The translations under genes were made by a program, and so were the position numbers. This document shows positions 1 through 8,623 of a DNA stretch of 32,000 nt, in pieces. The notes under the pieces are model-generated. The model made no database searches. It worked only from the letters and a program-made list of their open reading frames with translations, and was not told the origin of the DNA. The DNA is taken from positions 360,001 to 392,000 of the forward strand of contig CP104013.1 of NCBI GenBank assembly GCA_025839675.1, in the 5' to 3' direction. This DNA is from Candidatus Lokiarchaeum ossiferum. Lineage in GTDB: Archaea; Asgardarchaeota; Lokiarchaeia; Sigyniarchaeales; Promethearchaeaceae. Positions within the stretch are counted from its first letter, which is position 1; every line of letters starts with the position of its first letter.

Positions 1-1112
1 GTCCTAATTGCAATTCACCAACAGGACAAACCTTTGATTTTCAGAACGATGATACTTTTCTTAATGAAAGTATACCTAAAATTTTAGAGGAACGCAAAGA
101 ATTTGGATTAGAAGGCCTAGTCAAGGGATTAAATTGTATAATTATTAATACAGAACCGGAAAAACATCGTGCAGCGGTTGAAGAATTGCTGAAATACACG
201 GGTTTTCAATTTAAATACACTTATGAATGGAATCAAGTACTCACAAGTGTATTATCATGCAAAAATTCACCAGATTTATTAATCCAATCCCGAAAGTTAG
301 AAACAAATCCTTTTAGAATCTATAACAATGGAAAAAAGATTCACAATTTGCCCAACACTCGATTAGAGACTTTTGTATTCGCAACTGATCATTTGGATAA
401 CTATGTCAAAAAGCAGAAAGCTCGGGGAATATCGTTTTTGACCGATGAGATATTAAACACAAGTAATTACTCCTTTATTCAGAGTAAACCCACACCTTAT
501 ATGGGAATTTCATATGGTTTTATCGAATGGAAGGATCCAACCCACGATTATTATTCGGATGAAGCCTCAGAACTAAATTGGAATCTCGAAAAACCCTCTC
601 AAAATTATTTGAAAAATATTGGTCGCTTGGATCATACTGCTACTCGTGTACGAGCAAAGGATCGAGATGCTGCGATAATTGAATTTATGAAATATACGAA
701 TTATAACTTTGATTTTGCCGTTTATGTAAAACATTTAAATTCAATAACAAGTGTGGCTCGATTGTCCGCAACCGATTTTGCCATGGTATTTACCTCCGGA
801 ATCACAGCATTTGAAAATATTACAAAATCAGGACCGACAGAAGGTTTTATTTATAATTATGGTACGCGAACTCATCACATGGCCTTCGATACGACAAATA
901 TTGAAGATACTTTCAGTGAATTGCAAAATAACAAGATGGATTTCTTAATTGATTTAGTAGGATCGCGCGAAGAAGGATTAAAGCAGACTTTTTCAGCTCA
1001 ATCACCGAACACTATGTTGGTGAATGAATATATACACAGGTATGATGATTTCGACGGCTTTTTCACTAAGAGTAATGTTACAGATCTCACAAAATCAACT
1101 GAAAAGCAATAA
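1..1112 (+). CDS. VOC-superfamily dioxygenase, 4-hydroxyphenylpyruvate dioxygenase (HPPD)-like; 5'-partial
   Basis: The reading frame of ORF 186..1112 is open from nt 3 (PNCNSPTGQTFDF...), so the TTG 'start' at 186 is a window-edge artefact. It has two VOC/glyoxalase-like modules. A candidate 2-His-1-carboxylate triad sits in 'LDHTATRV', 'THHMAFDT' and 'NEYIHRY'. The C-terminus 'GLKQTFS...EYIHRY..FDGFF' resembles the HPPD 'QIFT...E.IQR..F..GNF' tail (from memory). Confidence 0.55.
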   Translation, partial: PNCNSPTGQTFDFQNDDTFLNESIPKILEERKEFGLEGLVKGLNCIIINTEPEKHRAAVEELLKYTGFQFKYTYEWNQVLTSVLSCKNSPDLLIQSRKLETNPFRIYNNGKKIHNLPNTRLETFVFATDHLDNYVKKQKARGISFLTDEILNTSNYSFIQSKPTPYMGISYGFIEWKDPTHDYYSDEASELNWNLEKPSQNYLKNIGRLDHTATRVRAKDRDAAIIEFMKYTNYNFDFAVYVKHLNSITSVARLSATDFAMVFTSGITAFENITKSGPTEGFIYNYGTRTHHMAFDTTNIEDTFSELQNNKMDFLIDLVGSREEGLKQTFSAQSPNTMLVNEYIHRYDDFDGFFTKSNVTDLTKSTEKQ

Positions 1113-1153
1113 ATATCCCAAAAATTTTTTTTACAATTCTTCACTAATTACAA

Positions 1154-1495
1154 TTATCCGAAAGTTCCATGATGTTTTCCCCAATTTTCAGGAGAAATAT
1201 CCATGAAATTAACATCAATATTCGATTTCAGAAGACCATAGGTAGAAAGAATCTCACAAATCGTTGTTGATAGGGTATTATTCACGGGTAAAGAAAATCC
1301 TCCAATGCTGCGAATTTCAATAAAAGCAAAAATTGATGGATTTCCTGCGCGAATCATAGTTTGAGAAGAACGAATTGAAACTGTAACATATTTTTCAGGT
1401 TTAGAAAGACCCTTAGCGACTGCTTTTGATAATTCTTGACCTAACAAATTTGGATCAGATATTTCCGCGTTGGTTTCCAAGAGAACTGCTGGCAT
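1154..1495 (-). CDS. MIF / D-dopachrome tautomerase family protein (phenylpyruvate tautomerase-like)
   Basis: From the ATG at 1495 the protein reads MPAVLLETNAEISDP...KPEKYVTVSI...IEIRSIGG...VNFMDISPENWGKHHGTFG. It is about 113 aa and collinear with eukaryotic MIF (MPMFIVNTN...KPPQYIAVHV...LHSIGKIGG...INYYDMNAANVGWNNSTFA, recalled from memory). The catalytic Pro-1 is present only with this start. The ORF-track start at 1513 is TTG. Confidence 0.8.
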   Translation of the reverse strand: MPAVLLETNAEISDPNLLGQELSKAVAKGLSKPEKYVTVSIRSSQTMIRAGNPSIFAFIEIRSIGGFSLPVNNTLSTTICEILSTYGLLKSNIDVNFMDISPENWGKHHGTFG

Positions 1496-1582
1496 AAAAT
1501 AATCAAGGTGCAATCCAATTTTTAATCTTTTTATTGATCAACAACTAAATTATATTCAGCTTCGAAATTTAGAGAGATTAAA

Positions 1583-3304
1583 ATGATAGAAAATAAACCT
1601 TGGTTCAAATTTTATGGAGATGTCCCACATTCGATTGATGTTCCGAATATTATTTTATATGATAAACTTGTTTTGACAACAAAAGAATTTCCAAACAATA
1701 TCGCTTGGGATTTTATGGGAACAACTTATACCTATGCCCAATTTTTAAAAGATATTGATCTTTTTGCAAACGCCTTAGCTGCAATAGGTTTTAAAAAAGG
1801 AGATACTATCACAATAAGTATGCCCACCGCACCAAATGGCATCATCCCAATATATGCAGTCAATAAATTAGGTGGAATTTGTTCTATGATTCACCCCTTA
1901 AGTCCCTCACCCCAAATTAAGATGTTCCTTAATATGTCCAAAAGTAAATTTGCAATCACTTTAGATGCTTTTTATAAACCGTTTAAGGAAATATTGCATG
2001 AAACGGGAGTAGAAAAGCTTATTCTCTGTAAAATTGGGGATTATTTAAAACCAGTTATGAAATTTGGATTTTGGTTAACAAAGGGTCGTAAAATACCCAA
2101 AATTCCTGAAGATCCTCGAGTAGTATGGTATAGTAATATGCTTACATCTAATTCACCAATGGTTTCCAAATCAGATATGAAATCCGATGATTTAGCGATC
2201 ATCTTGTATTCTGGAGGAACAACTGGGGTTCCTAAGGGGATCATGCTTAGTAATAAAAACATGATTGCGGAAGGAATGATGTGTGCGAAATGGGGGAATA
2301 TTAGTACTGGTGATAAAATCTTAGCAATCCTACCAATTTTTCATGGTTTTGGATTAGGTGTATGTGTAAATGCGGCATTTATGGAAGGGGGGCAAAGTAT
2401 ACTTATTCCAACCTTTACGCCGGAAACAGTCGCTTCTTTGGTCAAGAAAAAAAGACCACAATATTTAATCGGCGTTCCAACATTATTTGAAGCGTTAGCC
2501 AATAGTAAAAAGTTTCAGAATACAGATCTATCTTGTTTGAAAGTGTGTTTTTCTGGAGCAGATACACTTCCGCGTCAAGTGAAAGAAAATTTTGAACGAG
2601 TTGCTAAACAAGCGGGAGGAAATGTTGTGTTATTAGAAGGATATGGATTAACTGAAGCGGTCACCGCAATAATGGCATCTCCGATTCAAGAATATCGTGA
2701 AAACAGTATTGGTGTCCCATTTCCCAACATGGATGCCAAAATATGTAAGTTAGATACCATTGAAGAACAAACTTTAGGAGAAGAAGGGGAAGTCGTATTG
2801 AATGGTCCCGCAGTTATGTTGGGTTATTTAGACCATCCTGAGGAAACCGCAAAAGTGCTTAAAAAACATGCAGATGGAAAAATCTGGTTACATACTGGTG
2901 ACATTGCGACTCAAGATGAAGATGGATTTTTCTATTTTAAATTGCGTCTTAAAAGAATGTTAAAAGTAAGTGGAATCAATGTTTATCCCAAAAATGTGGA
3001 AGAAATTCTCCGAAAACATCCTCAAGTTGATTCTGCTTGTGTGATAGGCTTACCAGATAAAAAGCAAATATCAAGAGTTAAAGCTTTTATTGTATTAAAA
3101 GAGAATCGTGAGGGAACAGATGAGGACAAAAATTCAATTCGGAAATATTGTCAAGAAAATTTACTAAAATATGAATGTCCTCGGGAAATTGAATTTCGGA
3201 AGGATTTACCAACGACATTAGTTGGAAAAATCGCTTTTAAAAAATTAGAAGATGAAGAGATTCAAAAATTGAAGGACACAAATGCCTATCCTTATGATTC
3301 ATAA
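1583..3304 (+). CDS. AMP-forming acyl-CoA synthetase (long/medium-chain fatty-acid--CoA ligase family)
   Basis: ANL-superfamily motifs are present: 'ILYSGGTTGVPKGIML', 'EGYGLTE', 'LHTGDIA' and 'RMLKVSGINVYP'. Length is 573 aa. Confidence 0.9.
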   Translation: MIENKPWFKFYGDVPHSIDVPNIILYDKLVLTTKEFPNNIAWDFMGTTYTYAQFLKDIDLFANALAAIGFKKGDTITISMPTAPNGIIPIYAVNKLGGICSMIHPLSPSPQIKMFLNMSKSKFAITLDAFYKPFKEILHETGVEKLILCKIGDYLKPVMKFGFWLTKGRKIPKIPEDPRVVWYSNMLTSNSPMVSKSDMKSDDLAIILYSGGTTGVPKGIMLSNKNMIAEGMMCAKWGNISTGDKILAILPIFHGFGLGVCVNAAFMEGGQSILIPTFTPETVASLVKKKRPQYLIGVPTLFEALANSKKFQNTDLSCLKVCFSGADTLPRQVKENFERVAKQAGGNVVLLEGYGLTEAVTAIMASPIQEYRENSIGVPFPNMDAKICKLDTIEEQTLGEEGEVVLNGPAVMLGYLDHPEETAKVLKKHADGKIWLHTGDIATQDEDGFFYFKLRLKRMLKVSGINVYPKNVEEILRKHPQVDSACVIGLPDKKQISRVKAFIVLKENREGTDEDKNSIRKYCQENLLKYECPREIEFRKDLPTTLVGKIAFKKLEDEEIQKLKDTNAYPYDS

Positions 3305-3314
3305 AGTCAAATAC

Positions 3315-3321
3315 TTTTTTT
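3315..3321 (+). terminator. oligo-T tract (T7) 11 nt after the acyl-CoA synthetase stop; candidate archaeal intrinsic terminator
   Basis: 'TAAagtcaaatacTTTTTTTc' lies directly downstream of the stop at 3302-3304. T-tracts are common in this AT-rich DNA, so support is weak. Confidence 0.25.
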
Positions 3322-3376
3322 CTTGATTAATTTTATTGATTGATGATGAACTTTTTTTAATGATGAATTAATTTTA

Positions 3377-3895
3377 ATGTTCATGTCAACCGAAACATAT
3401 TCCTTAATCTTAAAAATGCCAAAATATAACAAGTGGGCTAATGATCAAATTCGGAACATGTTAGAAGTCCTCCCCGAAGAGAAATTTGACCAAAATCTAG
3501 GTAGTTTATTTGTAAATGACACGAATTTTAAAAATCCAAGCATCCGTTCTCTGATTGAACATTGCATGATGGGGTTTTACTTTACTTCAAACATTATGCA
3601 GAAAAAGGAATTTGAACCCGAACGAATCATTAAAAGAATGCACACTTTAAATAAAACACAACTACTTAAAGAATGGGAGCAACTTGATACCAAATACGTA
3701 GAATTAATTCCGCAACATTTGAATACTGAAGTTGAATGGAATGAAAAATCAATAAAACTCAATGATGATTTTCTATTTACCTTTCTAAATCACTCTACCC
3801 ACCATCGAGCACAATTAATGGTTGCAATGCGCATGATTGGTGAAAATGGCTGTGATACTGATTATATGTCTTTTATTCAAAGTTTTTCAGATTAA
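3377..3895 (+). CDS. DinB-family (DinB/YfiT-like four-helix bundle) protein
   Basis: N-terminal 'YNKWANDQIRNMLEVLPEE' and C-terminal 'LNHSTHHRAQLMVAMR' are typical of DinB-family metal-binding helices. An alternative ATG lies at 3383. Confidence 0.7.
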   Translation: MFMSTETYSLILKMPKYNKWANDQIRNMLEVLPEEKFDQNLGSLFVNDTNFKNPSIRSLIEHCMMGFYFTSNIMQKKEFEPERIIKRMHTLNKTQLLKEWEQLDTKYVELIPQHLNTEVEWNEKSIKLNDDFLFTFLNHSTHHRAQLMVAMRMIGENGCDTDYMSFIQSFSD

Positions 3896-3915
3896 TTTAG
3901 TTAAGCAAAAAATAG

Positions 3916-4950
3916 TTAGAATTGAACCAACACTTTTCCGAAATGTTTTCCTTCACTTAAATATTTTTCAGCGGCTTGAATCTCGTCGATTGGAAATATT
4001 GTATCAATAATAGGAGTAAAAGTTCCATTTAACACCAATTTCATCACACTTGAAAATTCATGATGATTACTCATCGTTGACCCATAAATTTGTAATTGTT
4101 TCCAGAATATTGGCCGAAGATCTAAATCCACCTTCGGACCAGTAGTGGAACCACAAGTAACTAAACGACCTCCCGTTTTAAGCAATTTTAAACTTGTATT
4201 GAAGGTCGCTTGTCCTACACTATCAATTACTAAATCTACTCCATGCTTCCGGGTTATATCTTTAAATATATATTTACTATAATTAGGGGTTTCATGATAA
4301 TTTATAACGATATCTGCCCCTAGCTCTTTTGCTTTCTCTATCTTTGCTTGGGTACTGGTAGTGACTATCACCTTGGTTTGAAAATATTTGGCAATTTGAA
4401 TTGCGGCAGTCGCAACACCGCCACTAGCACCTTGAATCAACACATATTCTCCTTGCTGAATATTACCTTGGGTTACTAACATTCGCCAAGCAGTTAAAAA
4501 ATTTAAAGGGGCTGCAGCAGCTAAATCTAAGGGATAATCATCAGGGATTTTTAAAACATTCTGACTTGGGATTTTGAAATACTCTGCAAAAGTACCAGAA
4601 GTATTTTCCCCCAAAATTGAAAATTTACGGCATAAATTTTGTTTTCCAGAAAGACAAAGATCACACAATCCACATCCAACCCCAGGATTCACAAGCACAC
4701 GATCTCCGGCTTGAAAACGGGTGACATCATCCCCCACTTCTTTAATAATTCCACTTCCATCACTTCCTAAAATATGAGGCATAGGTAAGCGTAATCCAGG
4801 CCATCCTGGAATCACAAATAAATCAAGGTGATTTAAACCTCCATATTTGGTTTCAATTAATACTTCAGAAGATGATATTTTAGGAGTAGGGACTTCATCG
4901 ACTTGGATGTTGTTAAGAGAGCCATGTTCGTTTATGATTGCTGCTTTCAT
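3916..4950 (-). CDS. MDR-superfamily NAD(P)H-dependent oxidoreductase (quinone oxidoreductase / Zn-ADH-like)
   Basis: It has a GroES-like N-domain and a Rossmann motif 'IQGASGGVATAAIQIA'. The structural-Zn lobe 'CGLCDLCLSGKQNLC' is retained. Catalytic-Zn positions are substituted ('GLNHLD' and 'GSDGSG' in place of C..H and GHE). Confidence 0.85.
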   Translation of the reverse strand: MKAAIINEHGSLNNIQVDEVPTPKISSSEVLIETKYGGLNHLDLFVIPGWPGLRLPMPHILGSDGSGIIKEVGDDVTRFQAGDRVLVNPGVGCGLCDLCLSGKQNLCRKFSILGENTSGTFAEYFKIPSQNVLKIPDDYPLDLAAAAPLNFLTAWRMLVTQGNIQQGEYVLIQGASGGVATAAIQIAKYFQTKVIVTTSTQAKIEKAKELGADIVINYHETPNYSKYIFKDITRKHGVDLVIDSVGQATFNTSLKLLKTGGRLVTCGSTTGPKVDLDLRPIFWKQLQIYGSTMSNHHEFSSVMKLVLNGTFTPIIDTIFPIDEIQAAEKYLSEGKHFGKVLVQF

Positions 4951-4985
4951 GTAGTTTCACCACAATTAAAAAAAAAATAGAAATA

Positions 4986-6338
4986 TTACTGTTGGGGCCA
5001 CACTTTTTTAAAGGTACCTTTTTTCATACGGCAAACAGGACATTCTTCTGGGGGTTCTGTGCCATTATGAATATGCCCACATACTTTGCAACGCCATACA
5101 ATTTGTTCTCGCATTCCTTGACGAGCAGCATCTTCAATATCTTCGGCTCGAAGGCGTGGTAAATCGTCCAAACTCGGCATGATTGGTGTAAAACCTCCCT
5201 TCATTAAACTTTTAATTACAACCAAACGCTGAATTTGATTCGTTCCTTCATAAATTTGTAATAGTCTTATATCCCGTAATAATTTTTCAACAGGAAAATA
5301 TTTTGTATAACCATATCCGCCTAAAATCTGCAAAGCATCATTCGCTACTTCAAATGCAGCTTCCGTCGTGTAAAATTTCGCCATTGAAGCCCATAATGTA
5401 CAGTCTCGTCCTTCATCGGCTTCCCATGCAGATCGCCAAACCATTAAACGTGAAGTTTCCACTTTTTGAAACATTTCTGCAATCTTGAACTGGATCCCTT
5501 CAAACATTCCAATTGGTTTCCCAAATGCTTTACGTTTCATAGCATATTGCATTCCGAATTCCATAGCAGAACGAGCGGCCCCTACTGCAAAAGCCCCGAT
5601 CATTGGACGTGTATGGGAAAATGTCTTCATTCCCAATTCAAAACCTGGTCCACCTTCTCGAGCTAAAATGTTCTCAGAAGGAACTCGAACATTATCGAAT
5701 TTTACTGCAACGGTATTTGAACACCTTTGTCCCATTTTAGGAATGTGTTTTTCGACTGATACTCCGTCCCATTTCATATCCACCACCATACCTAATATTC
5801 CCTTATGTCGTTCCTTAGGATTGGTGGTTGCAAATATTGAGGCATAATCTGCATATCCTCCATTAGTTACCCAATACTTTGTTCCGTTTAGAATGTAATC
5901 TTGTCCATCAGGTGTGGCTTTACAGCGCATTCCAGCAACATCTGACCCCATACCTGTTTCCGAGGTGGCAAAACTAATTAACTTGAAATTATTGATTAAT
6001 TCTGGAAGATATTTTTCCTTAGCTACTTCATTATCACTTAATATTAAGGGTTCTTCTCCTAAACCATTGTCAAATATGGATGTTGCTAATCCTGGACCGC
6101 ATGATGCGAATTCTTCAACCATCAGAGAAGTATCCAACATCCCCAAGCCTTGGCCGCCATATTTCTTTGGAATTCCAACATTTGTTAAACCTTCTTCATA
6201 CGCTCTCTTCAAAATATAAAGAGGCATTTGATCTTTCTCATCAAAATACCACGCTACAGGAAGAATTTCCTTTTGAGCAAATTCACGGGCTTTTTTCTGA
6301 TAGGCTAATTGTGTTTCTGATAAATCAAAATTGACCAT
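4986..6338 (-). CDS. acyl-CoA dehydrogenase with C-terminal rubredoxin-like Cys4 domain
   Basis: The ACAD fold runs throughout: 'FATSETGMGSDVAGM', 'KYWVTNGG' and 'QILGGYGYTKYFPVEKLLRDIRLLQIYEGTNQIQ'. The C-terminal 'WRCKVCGHIHNGTEPPEECPVCR' has two CxxC knuckles (about nt 5031-5090). The ATG at 6338 is preceded by 'GGTGAgagaaaat'. The ORF-track start at 6353 is TTG. Confidence 0.85.
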   Translation of the reverse strand: MVNFDLSETQLAYQKKAREFAQKEILPVAWYFDEKDQMPLYILKRAYEEGLTNVGIPKKYGGQGLGMLDTSLMVEEFASCGPGLATSIFDNGLGEEPLILSDNEVAKEKYLPELINNFKLISFATSETGMGSDVAGMRCKATPDGQDYILNGTKYWVTNGGYADYASIFATTNPKERHKGILGMVVDMKWDGVSVEKHIPKMGQRCSNTVAVKFDNVRVPSENILAREGGPGFELGMKTFSHTRPMIGAFAVGAARSAMEFGMQYAMKRKAFGKPIGMFEGIQFKIAEMFQKVETSRLMVWRSAWEADEGRDCTLWASMAKFYTTEAAFEVANDALQILGGYGYTKYFPVEKLLRDIRLLQIYEGTNQIQRLVVIKSLMKGGFTPIMPSLDDLPRLRAEDIEDAARQGMREQIVWRCKVCGHIHNGTEPPEECPVCRMKKGTFKKVWPQQ

Positions 6339-6504
6339 ATTTTCTCTCACCAAAGCTCAAAAAAACCAAATTTATTCTTTTGAGATTATTGGATTATGTT
6401 TTGATATACTAGCATAAAAGCGTTGTACTTAGCTAAACTAGTTTTTTTTCTTGTATGAATATGAAAATATTAGAGTAGGGTAAAGAATACTTATAACAAA
6501 AAAA

Positions 6505-7146
6505 TTAGTAATAGGAATCCATGAAAGTGTCCAAATTACTCAAGGCACTTAGATCTCCTTCCACAGCACGTGAAAACATGTCATCAAGTTTTTCATCTAA
6601 GGCAGTAATCTCAACAAAATCATTTTCTTCTCTGATATTAGATTCAAATTTCTCACGTATTTGTTTAGAAACATATAGACTAAACAAATTAAATGAATTT
6701 AGATTTCCATCCCAATTGATTATTTCAGTATTAAATTGATCTCGAAATTCTGATAGGATTTGTTTAGCAAATTTTTGAAATTTATTCTTTTCTACCGAAT
6801 TTTTTAATAACCCTACAACTACTAAACGGTCGGAATAACTTTGATTATCGTCTTCAACGTAGGATTCTAAGCGATCGTCATCACCTTCAAGCGTAAATCG
6901 AGCCATTTTCTCATTGAGAGACTCAGCACCAAATGAAAAGATTGCAGAAAGAAAACCACTCAATAATACAGGATTTGACACTTTATCATTAATGATGGTC
7001 AACATATTTATCCCTGCTGCGTTCATAATTGAGAAATATTTCAAGTTTAATTTTTTTAAGTTATCCAAGCACAATTCCTTCTTTATATAATCATATACCA
7101 GCATTTTTAGTATAATAAACTGGGTTAGACCTCTTTTTATCACCAT
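6505..7146 (-). CDS. hypothetical protein; possible longin/roadblock-like alpha-beta domain
   Basis: This is a long ORF with no family motif I can name. The core 'MLTIINDKVSNPVLLSGFLSAIFSFGAESL..ARFTLEG..RLESYVED..RLVVVGLL..KNKFQKFAKQILSEFRDQF' suggests a beta-beta-alpha-beta-beta-beta-alpha order. The start is uncertain, with internal Mets at residues 15, 41 and 48. Confidence 0.45.
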   Translation of the reverse strand: MVIKRGLTQFIILKMLVYDYIKKELCLDNLKKLNLKYFSIMNAAGINMLTIINDKVSNPVLLSGFLSAIFSFGAESLNEKMARFTLEGDDDRLESYVEDDNQSYSDRLVVVGLLKNSVEKNKFQKFAKQILSEFRDQFNTEIINWDGNLNSFNLFSLYVSKQIREKFESNIREENDFVEITALDEKLDDMFSRAVEGDLSALSNLDTFMDSYY

Positions 7147-7347
7147 AGAACTAGCTATTCACAAATGAAATTAACTATCAATTGTAATTATCCGATTTCA
7201 AAAAAATGTAAATTGCTCAATCAAAATAAGAGACCATATTGGTTTTTCTATCTTAAATAGTAAAACAAGTGAAAATTGAACTCAAAGATTGAAAATGATA
7301 CATTTTTATTGTTTCAAATAAAAAAAAAAGAGATTACATTCTCAAAA

Positions 7348-8577
7348 TTATTTCAATTTTCGAGGTATAACTTTGATTTCTTGAGCTAACTTCTTCCCCA
7401 TCTCAAAACCTTTGTCAAGGTCTTCATAACTTGGAGCACCCTGAAATTCTAAAGGATCCAAAACATCCCACTTCATCTTTTCAATCATAGAATCAAAATC
7501 TTTTTGGGCCCCACCAGACCAGCCAAAGGAACCAAATCGGAAGACTTTCTTCTTCCAAGTGTGTTTTTGAGCCAAATGATTCAAGACATCGCGCATCGGA
7601 GGATACATTTTATATTCATAGGTAGGCATTCCAAAAATAATTCCTGCAGATTCCCAAGCAGAAGCTAAAATAAAGGAAATATTATCCTGAGGAACACGAA
7701 AAACTTCGGTTGAAACTCCTTCAGATGCAACCCCCTGTATTACCGATCGTAGCATAAGCTCTGTATTACCATACATACTTCCCCATATCAGAGTAATTTT
7801 TGGTTCTGCATAATCCTTCATATAATTGGCATAGGCAATATATCGATCAATTATTCGTTTTGGGTTACCTCGCCAGACCAATCCATGTGATGGAGCAATA
7901 ATTTTGATATCTAAACTGGAAACTGCGTCAATTGCTTTGAGAACAAAATTAGAAAAAGGTCCTACGATGTTTGAATAGTATCGTAATGATTCACGTTCAT
8001 AAAATTTATGATCTTCTTCGCTGGTTTGATCATCAAATAAACAACCCTTTAAGGCACCAAAAGATCCAAAAGCATCACATGAAAATAATGTTCCAGTGCT
8101 TGAATCAAAGGTTACCATCGTTTCGGGCCAATGGACATTTGGAGCATCATAAAATGTTAACACTTTACCTCCACCCAAATCCAATGTGTCTCCAGAAGAA
8201 ACACCTCGCACCTTATCTTTTAATCCATAAAATGCATCCACTAATGGGACTCCCTTCTTAGAGGTGATTATTTCGGCCCCGCCTGCTAACTCATACAATG
8301 CTCGAAGATCACCGGTATGATCTGGTTCAAGATGATTTAAAATAAAATAATCAACATCTTTCAAGCTAATTCCTAAAGATTTTAATTCTTCAATTAAATA
8401 ATTCGAAGCTCCTGCCCAATCACGAACAAGATCAATTATTGCAATTTTTTCCCCTTTAACAACATAAGAGTTAATTGTTACTCCATGTGGAATTGGCCAT
8501 ATTCCTTCAAATAAATCATTTGTTGAAATATTGGCCCCAATCCAATGAACACCATCTGTTATTTTAGTTGCTTTCAT
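7348..8577 (-). CDS. fprA: flavodiiron protein (type A flavoprotein, O2/NO reductase)
   Basis: The metallo-beta-lactamase-like domain carries the diiron motif 'NHLEPDHTG'. A C-terminal flavodoxin-like domain follows ('ITLIWGSMYGNTE', 'FGSFGWSGG'). Length is 409 aa. Confidence 0.9.
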   Translation of the reverse strand: MKATKITDGVHWIGANISTNDLFEGIWPIPHGVTINSYVVKGEKIAIIDLVRDWAGASNYLIEELKSLGISLKDVDYFILNHLEPDHTGDLRALYELAGGAEIITSKKGVPLVDAFYGLKDKVRGVSSGDTLDLGGGKVLTFYDAPNVHWPETMVTFDSSTGTLFSCDAFGSFGALKGCLFDDQTSEEDHKFYERESLRYYSNIVGPFSNFVLKAIDAVSSLDIKIIAPSHGLVWRGNPKRIIDRYIAYANYMKDYAEPKITLIWGSMYGNTELMLRSVIQGVASEGVSTEVFRVPQDNISFILASAWESAGIIFGMPTYEYKMYPPMRDVLNHLAQKHTWKKKVFRFGSFGWSGGAQKDFDSMIEKMKWDVLDPLEFQGAPSYEDLDKGFEMGKKLAQEIKVIPRKLK

Positions 8578-8623
8578 ATAATCACCAAAAATTCTAAAAA
8601 AATATCATAAATTAGTTTTAAAT

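Noticed and set aside
751-1206. ORFs 751-948(+) and 1024-1206(+)
   Set aside because: They are alternative frames inside or overlapping the HPPD-like gene and the MIF gene 3' end. They show no coding signal.
2041-3762. Antisense ORFs 2041-2262(-) and 3577-3762(-)
   Set aside because: They lie inside the acyl-CoA synthetase and DinB genes respectively, and are shadow ORFs.
4938-5162. ORF 4938-5162(+), spanning the MDR/ACAD gene boundary
   Set aside because: It is antisense to two well-supported genes and has no motif.
5303-6334. Five plus-strand ORFs (5303-5488, 5466-5666, 5485-5847, 5914-6219, 6080-6334) antisense to the acyl-CoA dehydrogenase gene
   Set aside because: They are shadow ORFs entirely inside a strongly supported ACAD gene. 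Their translations are low-complexity with no motifs.
6521-8261. ORFs 6521-6739(+) and 7971-8261(+)
   Set aside because: They are antisense to the hypothetical 213-aa gene and to fprA. The fprA assignment is unambiguous, and the 72-aa ORF is Ser/Leu-rich low complexity.
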